A DNA stretch of 64,000 nt from Nannocystis bainbridge. GTDB taxonomy: Bacteria; Myxococcota_A; Polyangia; Nannocystales; Nannocystaceae. This document shows, piece after piece, positions 39,901-49,267 of this stretch; positions within the stretch are counted from its first letter, which is position 1; every line of letters begins with the position of its first letter. The notes under the pieces are model-generated. The model made no database searches. It had not been told where the DNA came from and saw only the letters and a program-made list of their open reading frames with translations. The position numbers and the translations under genes are program-made. The stretch covers positions 832,001 through 896,000 of the forward strand of contig NZ_JAQNDL010000003.1 of the NCBI RefSeq assembly GCF_028368995.1, written 5' to 3'.

Positions 39901-39946
39901 CGACGCGGACGTGGTGATCCGCTGGCAGTTCGCGTTCGGCCGGTGA
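36917..39946 (+). CDS. large lipoprotein with ExbD-like segment and C-terminal AgmX/PglI (TonB_C-like) domain
   Basis: VGSAC lipobox; LAIDATTPFAAVRPLLAAL (ExbD-like); CYARALADRPELAG...VERCI (AgmX/PglI-type). Confidence 0.7.
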   Translation: MPSSPRLAALAVLSAALVGSACDRAGDSAPRDGAPAEAPATDPWTLTALESLGERAALVAVIRQDTWPATAARLAPLLPRSDAQRPARAALLLAGQPSVFLHMLFGTASSAAPPLPGLDPARPLVLALDEPALAAPAGLLAAELARRPGALPGLRHELVLPALDPAGLADALAQWFDGRGRQDPALAAGTAGARAWVLGSGDLAAVVPTADAVRIVALQHALAPAGTPIEAVPSALRGELLRASPSPAARTAGLAQAAASGEPLAVLLRPRVLPALLQWQRARADVDALAQVSHVEAGQRRRAALAGLLSCERALGDGAVDLEDWLFTATADPHGLRLRASADLTATGAQALAEPPVAREPLAMRGPAVASVAVRLTLADPPDPIAGRPIDAATALLDCQDVLPYMVFGTPLSALQGPRIHIPAAFTAQLALAGAADDLRGAIALDLAAAADTSLLQEFGRPAITNLGHEFTLQAELAGDRQRVFVGVGADPRVVFADTTEPSGLVAARLDLSVLAPLLRPFVPEALLGHRRAAFDLARDGSRLRGELVFDDGEAIAATRPEPATRGEPTPAPAPPSPGLVCARAFTSQAIDALDKARLPAAVPTGQSLDLLLAAGESSLTCVAADPTTAAHAPALRRMLPLALADLLADALRPSEAARVLAGPCEAGDPLACSRRAELAQLPDVTLPGLHSNCPDHHARHAYRLVLAGDRMALDDRIVDLAALQQQLAALADERDPSLELAIDATTPFAAVRPLLAALAQRPEIRLGIVASHDRETAPLYRIPTVTPQIAASSPTASQLSRMPAHQRVGALVLAADGATLRMRTGTTALGSYPYLHATTIEADARERPDNGLPPMVVATDTTPWSTVAVALAGTCRPHVLVDAADMQAQLGPPDRTVSILWDPHGPKPLSVVPKSRGPNNINSGLFSAKPRVEYCYARALADRPELAGAVVVDLAVSAAGALDSVKIVSSRLAHPEVERCIIDALVRHTSWSGADADVVIRWQFAFGR

Positions 39947-39967
39947 CATGACCCGAAGGACATGTCT
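39944..39967. repeat. two-unit 14-bp CATG palindrome element overlapping a stop codon
   Basis: tgacatgacccgaaggacatgtct, cores at 39947 and 39961. Confidence 0.75.
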
Positions 39968-39997
39968 GGCGACTCTCGCCCTGGCCCGGCGCCGGCG

Positions 39998-41002
39998 CTA
40001 CCCCGAAGCAGGCAGGCGCTCCGGGTCGCACGCAGCGATCGCCGCCGACCAGGCGCGCAGCAGCGCGGCCTCGGAGAAGCGCCAGCCCCTGGGCTCGCTC
40101 TCGCGGCCCATCACGACGCCGATCGCACGAGCCTCGGCGAGCGGCATGCGCGAGAGCTCGTAGACGTCGAAGCCCGTCGGATAGGTGGTCGAGGCCGGGC
40201 TCTCGACGAGCTCGACGTCCTTGCCCCGCCGCAACAGCCCCCAGGACGAAATCACCCGGTTCTCGCGCTGCGACAACAGCAGGTCGTAGCGGAGGGCGAG
40301 CCCCTCGTTGCCCACGGGGAGCCGCTCGAGGGCGATGGCTCGCAGCAGATCGATGGCAGCGAGGGGCAGCGCGATCGCGTGCCCGTCGACCACCGCATGC
40401 AGCGCCACGCCCTCGTCCCCGGCGGTCAGGTGGAGCTCGAGGTGCTCGACCTCGCGGCGCGTCGGGACCTCGCTCGCCGTCCACTCCCAGGAGGTGTCCA
40501 TCGAGACCGGTGGGCCCGCGAAGCGGACGCCGGACCAGCGATCGAGGCTGCGGCGCACGCGATCGTCGGCGAGCTCGCCGACGCCGACCTCGTCGTCACC
40601 GCCGACCCGCCACAGCGCGCCGAGGCGCACCTCCACGTCGAAGACGCACTCGTCGACCACCACGCCCACCGGGGCACCGCAACGGCAGTGGAGGTTGGCG
40701 CTCCCGTCCTCGGAGTAGACGCCGCAGCACCCGCCGCCGCTGGTCTCCACCTGGGGGGCGACGAGATCGTGGGGATGGATCGAGACGGGGAACGGGTCCG
40801 TCGGTACGCCCTGCGACAGCTCCCCCGGCTCCGCCCGGCGCCAGAAGCCCTGGGTCGCCTGGATCCCCTGACGACGGATCGCAGGCGGCGGGGCGAACAG
40901 CCGCGGATCGGGGACTGCGCGCAGCGGCGTCGTCAACGACGCCTCACACGCGGGGCAGACCAGGACAGCGCGCCCCGATGGTTCATCTCTGGTCGTGCCC
41001 AT
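39998..41002 (-). CDS. hypothetical protein with putative Zn-binding N-terminal domain
   Basis: CPAC, GCCG, CRCG...DEC motifs. Confidence 0.65.
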   Translation of the reverse strand: MGTTRDEPSGRAVLVCPACEASLTTPLRAVPDPRLFAPPPAIRRQGIQATQGFWRRAEPGELSQGVPTDPFPVSIHPHDLVAPQVETSGGGCCGVYSEDGSANLHCRCGAPVGVVVDECVFDVEVRLGALWRVGGDDEVGVGELADDRVRRSLDRWSGVRFAGPPVSMDTSWEWTASEVPTRREVEHLELHLTAGDEGVALHAVVDGHAIALPLAAIDLLRAIALERLPVGNEGLALRYDLLLSQRENRVISSWGLLRRGKDVELVESPASTTYPTGFDVYELSRMPLAEARAIGVVMGRESEPRGWRFSEAALLRAWSAAIAACDPERLPASG

Positions 41003-41071
41003 TCGTGGGCGCCGAGTGTAGAGCAGCCCGGTCGGCGAAGCGACCGCGCGCGCGACGATTCACGGCCTGCT

Positions 41072-41788
41072 TCAATCCGCGCACAGGCCCGCGACCGTGC
41101 GCGCGTGCGGCGAATCCGGGAATGTTCGCACCAGCTCGGCCGCCGTCGCCCGGGCCGCGTCGCGCTGACCGAGCTCGCACTGGGCCTGCGCGCGCAGCAG
41201 CATGCGCTCCTCGACCAGGTGGCCCGAGGGGAACCCGCGCGCGTGCTGCTCCAACGCCGTGAGCGCCGCGGCCGGGTCCTTGCGCCCGAGCGCCGCGCGA
41301 GCGGTCCGCAGCAGCGCCAGCTCGGCGTCCAGCGCCGGCATGTCCTTCGGGACATCCGCCGCGCGCGGGCTCGCCGGCCGCGGTCGAGACTCCGGCGCCG
41401 GCTCGAGCGCCGCCGGCTCCGTCACGGTCGCCGGCGCTTCGTCGCCCCTCGGCCGCGGCTCGCCCTGCACGTTCGTCGCCTCCGCGCCGGTGCCCGTGGC
41501 CGCCGCGTCGTGAGCCGCCTGGCTGTGCGGATCGCCGGCGGCCCGCTGCGCCAGGCGCTCGCGCGCCCCGACGATCAAGATCAGCACCGCGGCCGCGACC
41601 AGCACGGCGCCCCACACCAGGTCGCGCCGCCGCCCCGACGGCGCCGCCTGCGGGGCCACTTCCTCGTCGGCGATCGCCGCCTGCAAACGGACCCACGCGT
41701 CGGCGCGGGCGCCCGTGGGCATGCGCTCGCGCCGGTAAGCAGCGACGAGGTCGCGGCACTTCTCCTCATCAAGATTCTGCGGATCCAT
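41072..41788 (-). CDS. putative anti-sigma factor (TM + TPR-like C-terminus)
   Basis: overlaps the ECF sigma stop; single TM; ELALLRTARAAL...FPSGHLVEER...FPDSP. Confidence 0.75.
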   Translation of the reverse strand: MDPQNLDEEKCRDLVAAYRRERMPTGARADAWVRLQAAIADEEVAPQAAPSGRRRDLVWGAVLVAAAVLILIVGARERLAQRAAGDPHSQAAHDAAATGTGAEATNVQGEPRPRGDEAPATVTEPAALEPAPESRPRPASPRAADVPKDMPALDAELALLRTARAALGRKDPAAALTALEQHARGFPSGHLVEERMLLRAQAQCELGQRDAARATAAELVRTFPDSPHARTVAGLCAD

Positions 41789-42320
41789 CGCGACCTCCGG
41801 CGACGAAGCTGGCGAATCGCCGGCGCGCGCTGTTGAGACGGGAATAGAGGGTGTTGAGGTTGACGCCGAGCTGTTCGGCGATCTCGGGCACTCGCAGGCC
41901 CTCGAGCTCGGCGAGCATGAACACCAGGCGGTGCTCCTCGGGCAAGGTGGCGAGGAAGCGATCGATGAGCGCCCGCGCCTCCTGGACCGCGATCACGTCG
42001 TCGGGCGTCGGCCCGCCGCTGGGCTCGGGCGCGACGGTCAGCCGGCGCAGGTGGCGGGCGTGGCTGCGCCGGTGGTGCAGCACCACGTTGCGGGTGATCC
42101 CGAACAGCCACGACGGCAGGCTCGCGCGCCCGTCGTAGTCGCCGAGCCGGCGGTGCACGACCAGGAAGACCTCATGGAACGCGTCGTCGCGGCCGGCCCC
42201 CTCGACCCCGAAGTTACGGAGCAGCCGCCACACGAAGTCCGCGTGGTCGCGATAGACCTGCTCGAGCGTCGGCGTCGCGCTCGGTCGGGGGCTCGTGTCG
42301 TGGGCGCCGGTCTGCTTCAC
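41769..42320 (-). CDS. ECF RNA polymerase sigma factor
   Basis: YRDHADFVWRLL, DDAFHEVF, WLFGI, LPEEHR, NTLYSRL. Confidence 0.92.
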   Translation of the reverse strand: MKQTGAHDTSPRPSATPTLEQVYRDHADFVWRLLRNFGVEGAGRDDAFHEVFLVVHRRLGDYDGRASLPSWLFGITRNVVLHHRRSHARHLRRLTVAPEPSGGPTPDDVIAVQEARALIDRFLATLPEEHRLVFMLAELEGLRVPEIAEQLGVNLNTLYSRLNSARRRFASFVAGGRDGSAES

Positions 42321-42365
42321 GTCGGACCTGCTGATGATTTCCCGGCTCGCCGCAGATCCGTGAGC

Positions 42366-43514
42366 TCAGCGCCCGAACCGGAATTCGAGCCCCAGGGCCG
42401 CCCGCAGCGACACCGGCGCGATCGTGAACATGGGCCCGAGCCCGACCGCGCCGAAGGTCCCGCCGAGCAGCGGCACGCCGAGGTCGACGCCGAACCACAG
42501 CGCCAGCCACGGCCGCGGCGCCCACGCGACCGCGGGCCCGAACACCACCGCGAGCCACGCGATCCGGTCGGTCCGCCCGCCCGGGAACCCGACCCCGGCG
42601 CCGATCGCCTGCCCGGCCTCGAGCCCGCCGCACAGCGGAAACTCGACCCGCCCGGCCCGCGGCACCCCGCAGCCGCGCGCGCCGACGGTCCACAGCCGCA
42701 CCTTCGCCCCGGCCTGCGGATCGACCTGCGTGTACTCGGTCGTCGGCGCGCGGTAGAGGCCGGTGATCTCGACCCGCCAGCGCCGCCCCAAAAGCCCGCC
42801 CGCGAGCCCGAACGTCGGCCCCAAGCGCGGCATGCCCAGCGCCTCGAGCCCGCCCGCGACCCGCACGAACCCGCGCGGACGGGCGCTCGGATGAGCTGGC
42901 CTCCCGGACCTGTCCGCACGGACATCCTCCGCGGCCGGCTCCTCCGCGGCTGTCCCCGGGGACAGCTCACTCGCGCCCGGCGTCGTCGATGTCGCCGCGG
43001 ACACCTCACCCGCCGCGGCGTCGCCCGCATAGGTCCCCGAGGACATGTCACTCGCGCCCGGCGCAGCCTCGCCCGCGTCTGCCCCGGAGGACATGTCCAT
43101 CGGCGCAGGTCCGGAAGAACCTGTCCCCGAGGGCATGTCCACATCGCCAGCCTCCGTCACCGGCGCGGCCGGCACGATCGCCCCGTCGGCCGGGCGCGAC
43201 AGCACGCCCGGGTCGACCACCACCGCGGTCACGAACGCCGCCGCGTCGCCGATCTCCGCGCACGAGCGCCCGCGCAGGGTCCGCTTGCTGCGGCCCTCCG
43301 CCGCCTCGAGCTCGAGCGTGGCCGACCAGCGGCCCTCGCCCTCGCGGCGCACGTCGACGGTCACGCGGACCGGCCGCGACTCGGCGGCGCCGGCCAGGTA
43401 GCGCGCCAGGCTGTCCTGAAAGCCAGCTTGCGGACAGCGCGGATCGCCGCGCCAGGTCAGCTCGGCCGCTTGCGCAGGCAGCGCGGCGACGAGCGCGAGG
43501 ACGAGGGCTGTCAC
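42366..43514 (-). CDS. hypothetical exported/outer-membrane protein of the ECF cluster
   Basis: signal peptide AQA; CP...RSC N-domain; low-complexity linker; beta-strand C-terminus ending LGLEFRFGR. Confidence 0.7.
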   Translation of the reverse strand: MTALVLALVAALPAQAAELTWRGDPRCPQAGFQDSLARYLAGAAESRPVRVTVDVRREGEGRWSATLELEAAEGRSKRTLRGRSCAEIGDAAAFVTAVVVDPGVLSRPADGAIVPAAPVTEAGDVDMPSGTGSSGPAPMDMSSGADAGEAAPGASDMSSGTYAGDAAAGEVSAATSTTPGASELSPGTAAEEPAAEDVRADRSGRPAHPSARPRGFVRVAGGLEALGMPRLGPTFGLAGGLLGRRWRVEITGLYRAPTTEYTQVDPQAGAKVRLWTVGARGCGVPRAGRVEFPLCGGLEAGQAIGAGVGFPGGRTDRIAWLAVVFGPAVAWAPRPWLALWFGVDLGVPLLGGTFGAVGLGPMFTIAPVSLRAALGLEFRFGR

Positions 43515-43850
43515 GCCCGGGAGACTAGCGCGGCCCTGGCCCCGGCCCGCCGACAAATTTCGCGGAGCCCCTCACGGAAGTGGTCGGGTGCCGGGAAATC
43601 ACCCGCGCATGTCCCTCCTGGCCGCTCCCTCGCGCGATCATCCCGGCCTCCTGGCCGCGGCCGTCCCGCGGACCGCGACTCCGCGCCCCGGCGTGGGCCC
43701 TCCGTCGCGCACGCTCACCATGAGGACGCCGCTCCCGTCGCGCTGAATTCGAAACGACCCGCGGCGATCGAGCGACGCCATGCGCCGCGCCGAATTTCAT
43801 CCTTACATCGATTGATACCAACCCTAAGACCCCCACGGAATAACACTACC

Positions 43851-44771
43851 ATGCAGACCCTCCATCGCATCCTCGTCACCCTGCCCGCCCTGCTCGCATT
43901 CGGCTGCCTCCCGCCCAAGGGAGATCTCGGGCAATACACCGCCACCGACGGCGAAGAGACCGGTGACGCGACCACCGGCGACGACACCACCACCGCCGAC
44001 GCCGGCACCACCGTCGAGACCGGCAACCCTGACGACACCGGGCCGGTCGCCACCGCGACCTCGAGCGACGACACCGGGCCGATCGGCACCGCGACCTCGA
44101 GCGGCGACAGCGACACCGGCCCCGACGAGCCGCCGGCCTGCGACGGCCCGGGCGAGCCGACCTGGGAGTCGGCGACCTTCAGCTTCGAGCCCGCGCTGGT
44201 CGGCGAGGGCTTCGCCGCCGACTGCGAGGTCAGCGACATCGAGACCCACCCGCACGGGGCCGACGTGGCGCTCGCGTGCGGCGAGCAGCTCGTGCAGCTC
44301 CGCCTCGAGCTCGACGGCCCGCTGACCGAGTTCGCGGTCGGCGACGCGCTCGCCTTCGACTACCGCATGGTGCAGTCGTTCGGCCAGAGCGAATGGTTCA
44401 CCGTGCGCCGGCCGGCCCCCGACGGCACCCTCCTGCTCGGCGGCGTGCTCGGCGAGACGCTCACGCCGCCCAACGCCGAGCAGTTCTTCGCCCCGCTGAG
44501 CATGACCCGCCAGGAGGGCGTGTGCCCGACGGTGATCGACTGCGACAACATGAGCGAGACGATCGGCGTCGAGTTCACCCACGGCGACGAAACGGCCCTG
44601 GTGCTGGCCCTCCACAGCCTGGTGATCGGCGAGTCCGCGCCGTACCGCGTCGGCGCCAGCATCGCCCGCAAGCACTACGACGAGGCCCAGGACGGCCAGG
44701 GCGGGTTCTGCCAGTCGTTCGACATCCCCGAATATTACTACGGCCTGATGATCCACCACCTCGGCGAGTGA
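43851..44771 (+). CDS. hypothetical lipoprotein
   Basis: LLAFGC lipobox; DDTGP..TATSS repeats; Cys-paired domain. Confidence 0.8.
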   Translation: MQTLHRILVTLPALLAFGCLPPKGDLGQYTATDGEETGDATTGDDTTTADAGTTVETGNPDDTGPVATATSSDDTGPIGTATSSGDSDTGPDEPPACDGPGEPTWESATFSFEPALVGEGFAADCEVSDIETHPHGADVALACGEQLVQLRLELDGPLTEFAVGDALAFDYRMVQSFGQSEWFTVRRPAPDGTLLLGGVLGETLTPPNAEQFFAPLSMTRQEGVCPTVIDCDNMSETIGVEFTHGDETALVLALHSLVIGESAPYRVGASIARKHYDEAQDGQGGFCQSFDIPEYYYGLMIHHLGE

Positions 44772-44932
44772 GCCGCGGGAGCGTCCGCCGCTCCGCATCG
44801 CGGGGCGACGAGCGCTGCGAGCTCGTCACTCACGCGCCGTCACGGCGTGCGAGACGAGCTCCGCGCATGCTGTTGCGCCCGGCGAGTGAGCCGCACCATC
44901 GGCCCTGTGCGCTTTGCATCAAGCAGCGGCTG

Positions 44933-47900
44933 TCAGCGGCCGTCGCGGCCGGCGAGCTCGCAGATCGCCGTCACCAGGTCGAGCGGCTCGCACGGCTTGC
45001 CGAGGTGCTTCTGATAGCCCGCCAGCAGCGCCCGCGTGCGGTCCTCGAGCCGCGCGTAGGCGGTCAGCGCCAGCGCCGGCGTGCGCCCGCCGTCGTCGCT
45101 CGGTCGCTGACGCAGGCGGCGCATCCAGTCGTAGCCGTCCTCACCGGGCATGGCGATGTCGGACACGATCACGTCGGGTCGCTCGCGGCCGACCAGCGTC
45201 AGCGCTTGCTCGCCGTTCTCGGCCGTCAGCACCACCGCGCCGGTCGGCTGCAGGAACGCCGCGACCAGCTCGCGCGCGTCGCGTTCGTCGTCGACGATGA
45301 GGATCTTCAGCCCGCGCAGATCGGCGTCGCGCGGCCCGGCGGGGCCCAGCGGCGGGCCCTGGACGGCGCCCGGGGCCACCGCGCTGACGCTGCCCGGCGC
45401 GCTCGCGCGGGTCGGCAGGCGGACCACGAACTCCGCCCCCTGGCCGACCCCCTCGCTGTGGGCCTGGATCGTGCCCCCGTGGCCCTCGACCAGGTGACGC
45501 ACGATCGCCAGCCCGAGCCCGAGCCCGCCGTGCTGGCGCGTCGTGCCCGAGTCCTCCTGGCGGAACTTGTCGAAGATGTGCGGCAGGAACTCGGCACCGA
45601 TCCCGCGGCCGGTGTCGCGGACGGTGATCACCACCTGATTGCGCCCGCTCTGGATCACCGTCAGGTCGACCTTGCCGCCGCGCTCGGTGAACTTGACCGC
45701 GTTGCTCAGCAGGTTCCACAGGATCTGCTGCACGCGCTCCGCGTCGCACAGCACCGGCAGCACCGGCGGCTCGGGCCAGAACGCCAGGCGCACGCCCTTC
45801 GCCTCGGCGGCCGGGCGGACGATGTCGAGCGCGGCCTCGGCGATCTGAACCAGCTCGGCCGGGCCGACCCGCAGCTGCAGCTTGCCGGTGATGATGCGGG
45901 TGGTGTCGAGCAGGTCCTTGATGAGGCCCGCCTGCGCCGACGCGTTGCGATCGATGGCGTCGATCGCCTTTTGTCGCTGCTCCTCGCTCAGCCCCGTGCG
46001 CCGCAGCACCCGCGACCAGCCGAGGATCGCCTGCAGCGGGGTGCGCAGCTCGTGCGACACGACCGCGAGGAATTCGTCCTTGGCCCGGTTGGCCGCGTCG
46101 ACGCGGGCGCGCTCGCGGCGGGACAGCTCGAGCAGCCGCGCGTTGTCGAGGGCCAGGGCGATGCGGCGCCCGAGCTCCTCGGCCAGCGCCAGGTCGTGGC
46201 TGTCGTAGAGCCGCCCCGAGCCCTTCCACGTGCCGACCGACAGCGTGCCGAGGATCGCCCCCTGGACCGGCAACGGCACCACCGCCGCCGAGCGCACCGC
46301 CAGCGCCGTCAGGGCCGCCATGTGCTCGGCGTCGCGGGCGATCTCCGGCACCAGCGCGTCGGCGTCGGGCAAGAACAGCGAGCGCCCGCTCGCCATCACC
46401 CGCGCGTAGGTGTGCTCGCCGTTGCGGTCGTACGGCAACCGGCCCTGCGCGGCCACGTAGGCGCGCAGGCGGGCCTGCATCGCCGGGTCGATGTGGGCCG
46501 CCGCCGGGACCGCCAGCGAGCCGTCGTCGCGGCGCAGGTGGATCACACACCAGTCGCCGAAGCTCGGCACCACCAGGTCGACCACCCGCGCCAGCGTCGC
46601 GTCGCCGTCGAGCGACTCGGCCAGCACGCGCCCCGCCTCGGCCAGCAGCGCCATCGCCTCCTCGGCCCGCTTGCGCTCGGTGATGTCGAGCACCGTCTCG
46701 ACGATGCCCTCGATGTTGCCCTCGAGCACCCACGGGTAAAAGCTGACGAGGAAGTGGCCCGGCAGCCCGTGGCGCTGCGGCAGCATCACCGACACCTCGA
46801 TGTCGGTGATCGTCTCGCCGCGGTCGCGGACCCGCTCGAGCATCGGCTCGATCACCGGCGCCACCCACGGGACCACGTCGGCCAGCTTGTGCCCGTGGTG
46901 GATCTCGACCGGCAGGTCGTTGATCGCCGCCAGCGCCCGGTTGATGCGGCGGTAGCGGAGCCCGCGGTCGAACACCGCGAAGCCGATCTGGGCCCCGTCG
47001 AGGATCGCCGTCAGCTCGGTCTCGGCGCGCCGGTGCTCGCTGACGTCGAACATCGAGGCGACCATGCGCGTCGGCCGGCCGTTCGGGTCGCGGGCGATCC
47101 AGCCGCGGTCGAGCACGCGGACGAAGCTGCCGTCGCTGCGGGCGAACCGGTACTCCTCGGCCCAGCGCTCGGCGCCGTCCTTGATCGCGCGCTCGACCCC
47201 GGCGGCGACCCGCTCGCGGTCGTCGCCGTGGATCCGCGCCAGCCACCAATTCATGTCGTCCTCGACCTCGTCGGCGCGGTAGCCGAAGCGGGTCTTGATC
47301 GCCGCGTTCCAGCGGGTCTCGCCGGTCTTCACGTCCCAGTCGCGCAGCGCCTCGTTGGTGGCGCGGTTGACCAGCTCGTAGCCCTCCTCGGCCCGCACGC
47401 GCTCGGTCAGCTCGAACACCGTCGCGGCCACCCCGGTCACCACGCCGCGGGTGCGCACCGGCTGGAAGCACACGTACCACATGCGCTCGCCGTACAGCGT
47501 GAAGCGGTCGATCGTGTACGGCGCCCCGGTCCGCAGCACCTCTTCCATCATCGGCATCGCCCCCGCCAGGTTCGGCGAGATCTCGGCCGGCGTGCGGCCC
47601 AGGTGCGACTCCGGCGACAGCCCGTTCAGCTCCGCCAGCGCCCGGTTGACCCGCACGTACTTCAGCTCGCGGTCCAGCAGCGCCAGCCCGACCGACGCCC
47701 CCTCGAACAGGGCGTCGAGCTGGGCCCGCACCTGGTCGCCGCCCTGGAACGCCATCAGCGCCGACGCCAGCTCGCGGCTCTGGCCCACGCGCTCGCGGGT
47801 CGCGTGGATGTCGGTGGCGGTGCCGACCCACCGCTCGACGGGCCCGGATGGCGGGCTGACCGGCTCGACGCGGGCGCGGTGCCACCGGAGGTCGCCGTCG

Positions 47901-48139
47901 CGGCGCCGGGCCCGGATCTCGCACTCGTAGGGCTCCCCCTTGCCGAGCGCCTCGGCGTGGCGAGCGGCCAGCGCCTGCAGGTCGTCAGGGTGGATCACCC
48001 GGGCCATCACCTCCACGGGGGCGAGCCGGTCCGGCACCCCGGCGTAGCGAAACCAGGCCGCATTGACGAATTCCAGGTCCCCTAGGCCGCCGAAGGTCCA
48101 CAGCAGGTGCGGCACGGCGTCGGCGAAGCCTCGCAGCAT
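44933..48139 (-). CDS. hybrid sensor histidine kinase (multiple PAS, GAF, HisKA, HATPase, receiver)
   Basis: FLAVVSHELRTPL, NLLSNAVKFT, DTGRGI, GLGLGL, LIVDDE...SDIAMP; start uncertain (48139-48220). Confidence 0.95.
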   Translation of the reverse strand: MLRGFADAVPHLLWTFGGLGDLEFVNAAWFRYAGVPDRLAPVEVMARVIHPDDLQALAARHAEALGKGEPYECEIRARRRDGDLRWHRARVEPVSPPSGPVERWVGTATDIHATRERVGQSRELASALMAFQGGDQVRAQLDALFEGASVGLALLDRELKYVRVNRALAELNGLSPESHLGRTPAEISPNLAGAMPMMEEVLRTGAPYTIDRFTLYGERMWYVCFQPVRTRGVVTGVAATVFELTERVRAEEGYELVNRATNEALRDWDVKTGETRWNAAIKTRFGYRADEVEDDMNWWLARIHGDDRERVAAGVERAIKDGAERWAEEYRFARSDGSFVRVLDRGWIARDPNGRPTRMVASMFDVSEHRRAETELTAILDGAQIGFAVFDRGLRYRRINRALAAINDLPVEIHHGHKLADVVPWVAPVIEPMLERVRDRGETITDIEVSVMLPQRHGLPGHFLVSFYPWVLEGNIEGIVETVLDITERKRAEEAMALLAEAGRVLAESLDGDATLARVVDLVVPSFGDWCVIHLRRDDGSLAVPAAAHIDPAMQARLRAYVAAQGRLPYDRNGEHTYARVMASGRSLFLPDADALVPEIARDAEHMAALTALAVRSAAVVPLPVQGAILGTLSVGTWKGSGRLYDSHDLALAEELGRRIALALDNARLLELSRRERARVDAANRAKDEFLAVVSHELRTPLQAILGWSRVLRRTGLSEEQRQKAIDAIDRNASAQAGLIKDLLDTTRIITGKLQLRVGPAELVQIAEAALDIVRPAAEAKGVRLAFWPEPPVLPVLCDAERVQQILWNLLSNAVKFTERGGKVDLTVIQSGRNQVVITVRDTGRGIGAEFLPHIFDKFRQEDSGTTRQHGGLGLGLAIVRHLVEGHGGTIQAHSEGVGQGAEFVVRLPTRASAPGSVSAVAPGAVQGPPLGPAGPRDADLRGLKILIVDDERDARELVAAFLQPTGAVVLTAENGEQALTLVGRERPDVIVSDIAMPGEDGYDWMRRLRQRPSDDGGRTPALALTAYARLEDRTRALLAGYQKHLGKPCEPLDLVTAICELAGRDGR

Positions 48140-48360
48140 ACCTGTATTTTGAGCCAGATTCGTCGCCGATGGGGGTCCAGCGGCCCCCGCTCGCGGCGGA
48201 TCTGCCTCATCGCGCTGCATTCGCCAAAGTTAGCACGAACGCCCCGCCGCCCGGCCCCGGCGGCGCCGGCCCCGGCGGTCGCAATCATATGGGGTCTGGG
48301 GCCGCCAGGGGACTCGCGGCGCCGCGAGCGTCCGTGTAACGTTGGCGCGGGAGCCGAAGC

Positions 48361-49254
48361 ATGCCCTCGCAGTTGACCGACGCCGAATGGAGCCAGCTTC
48401 TGTCGCGGATCGAGCGAGGCGAATGCACGCCCTTCCTCGGACCGGGCGTCGCGCTCGGTCGGCTGCCGCTGCCGGGCGACCTGGCGATGCGGTGGGCCGA
48501 TGCCTATCAGTACCCGCTCGAGGACCGCTGGAACCTGCCGCGCGTGGCCCAGTACCTCGAGCTCGAGAAGGGCCCCCGCTGGCTGCGCGAGGAGCTGGCC
48601 AAGGCGCTGGCCGACGCCGACGCCGTCGAGCCCGACGACGTGCTGCAGCTGCTCGCCGACCTGCCGTTCTCGACGTACATCACCACCGGCTACGACGATC
48701 TGCTCGCGCAAGCCCTGCGCGGCGCGCAGCTCCGCCGCGACGAGCGGCGCACCGCGCGGAAGCCCCGCCTCGATTTCTGCCGCTGGCAAGAGACCCTGCG
48801 CTCGGCCGCCCTGCCGACCCCGTTCGAGGCTGACCCCTATTACCAGCCCTCGGCCGACGAGCCGTTCGTGTTCCACCTGCTGGGTCAGGCCGCCTTCCCG
48901 CAGTCGCTGGTGCTGACCGAGACCGACCACTACGACCTGTTCGTCGCCACCGCGCGCCACCCCGGCCTGCTGCCGCCGCCGGTCCAGCGGGCGCTCCGCG
49001 GCGGGCCGCTGCTGTTCATCGGTCAGCCGCTGACCGACGCCAACTTCCGCGCCCTCGCCCGCAGCCTCGGCGGCGCCGACTACCGCGGCCTGCAGGACGG
49101 CACGCTGTCGGTCCACGTCCGTCCCGAGGGCAACGACGCCGCGATCCACTACCTCGAGCGTCACTTCGGCGCGCAGCACATCAAGCTGTACTGGGGGACA
49201 CCTCGCGACTTCCTGCAGGAGCTGCGCGAGCGCTGGCTCCGCGACCACGACTGA
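48361..49254 (+). CDS. SIR2-like (SIR2_2) protein with non-canonical catalytic motifs
   Basis: CTPFLGPG, YITTGYDDLL, VFHLLG, SLVLTETDH, LLFIGQPLTDANFR. Confidence 0.8.
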   Translation: MPSQLTDAEWSQLLSRIERGECTPFLGPGVALGRLPLPGDLAMRWADAYQYPLEDRWNLPRVAQYLELEKGPRWLREELAKALADADAVEPDDVLQLLADLPFSTYITTGYDDLLAQALRGAQLRRDERRTARKPRLDFCRWQETLRSAALPTPFEADPYYQPSADEPFVFHLLGQAAFPQSLVLTETDHYDLFVATARHPGLLPPPVQRALRGGPLLFIGQPLTDANFRALARSLGGADYRGLQDGTLSVHVRPEGNDAAIHYLERHFGAQHIKLYWGTPRDFLQELRERWLRDHD

Positions 49255-49267
49255 GCCCCGGAGGTCC

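Noticed and set aside
44276-48085. 1,269-aa plus-strand ORF, and similar long ORFs such as 32796-35711, 35314-38331, 37045-39951, 49283-51718
   Set aside because: Arg/Ala/Pro-rich alternative or antisense frames over well-supported genes, with no motifs
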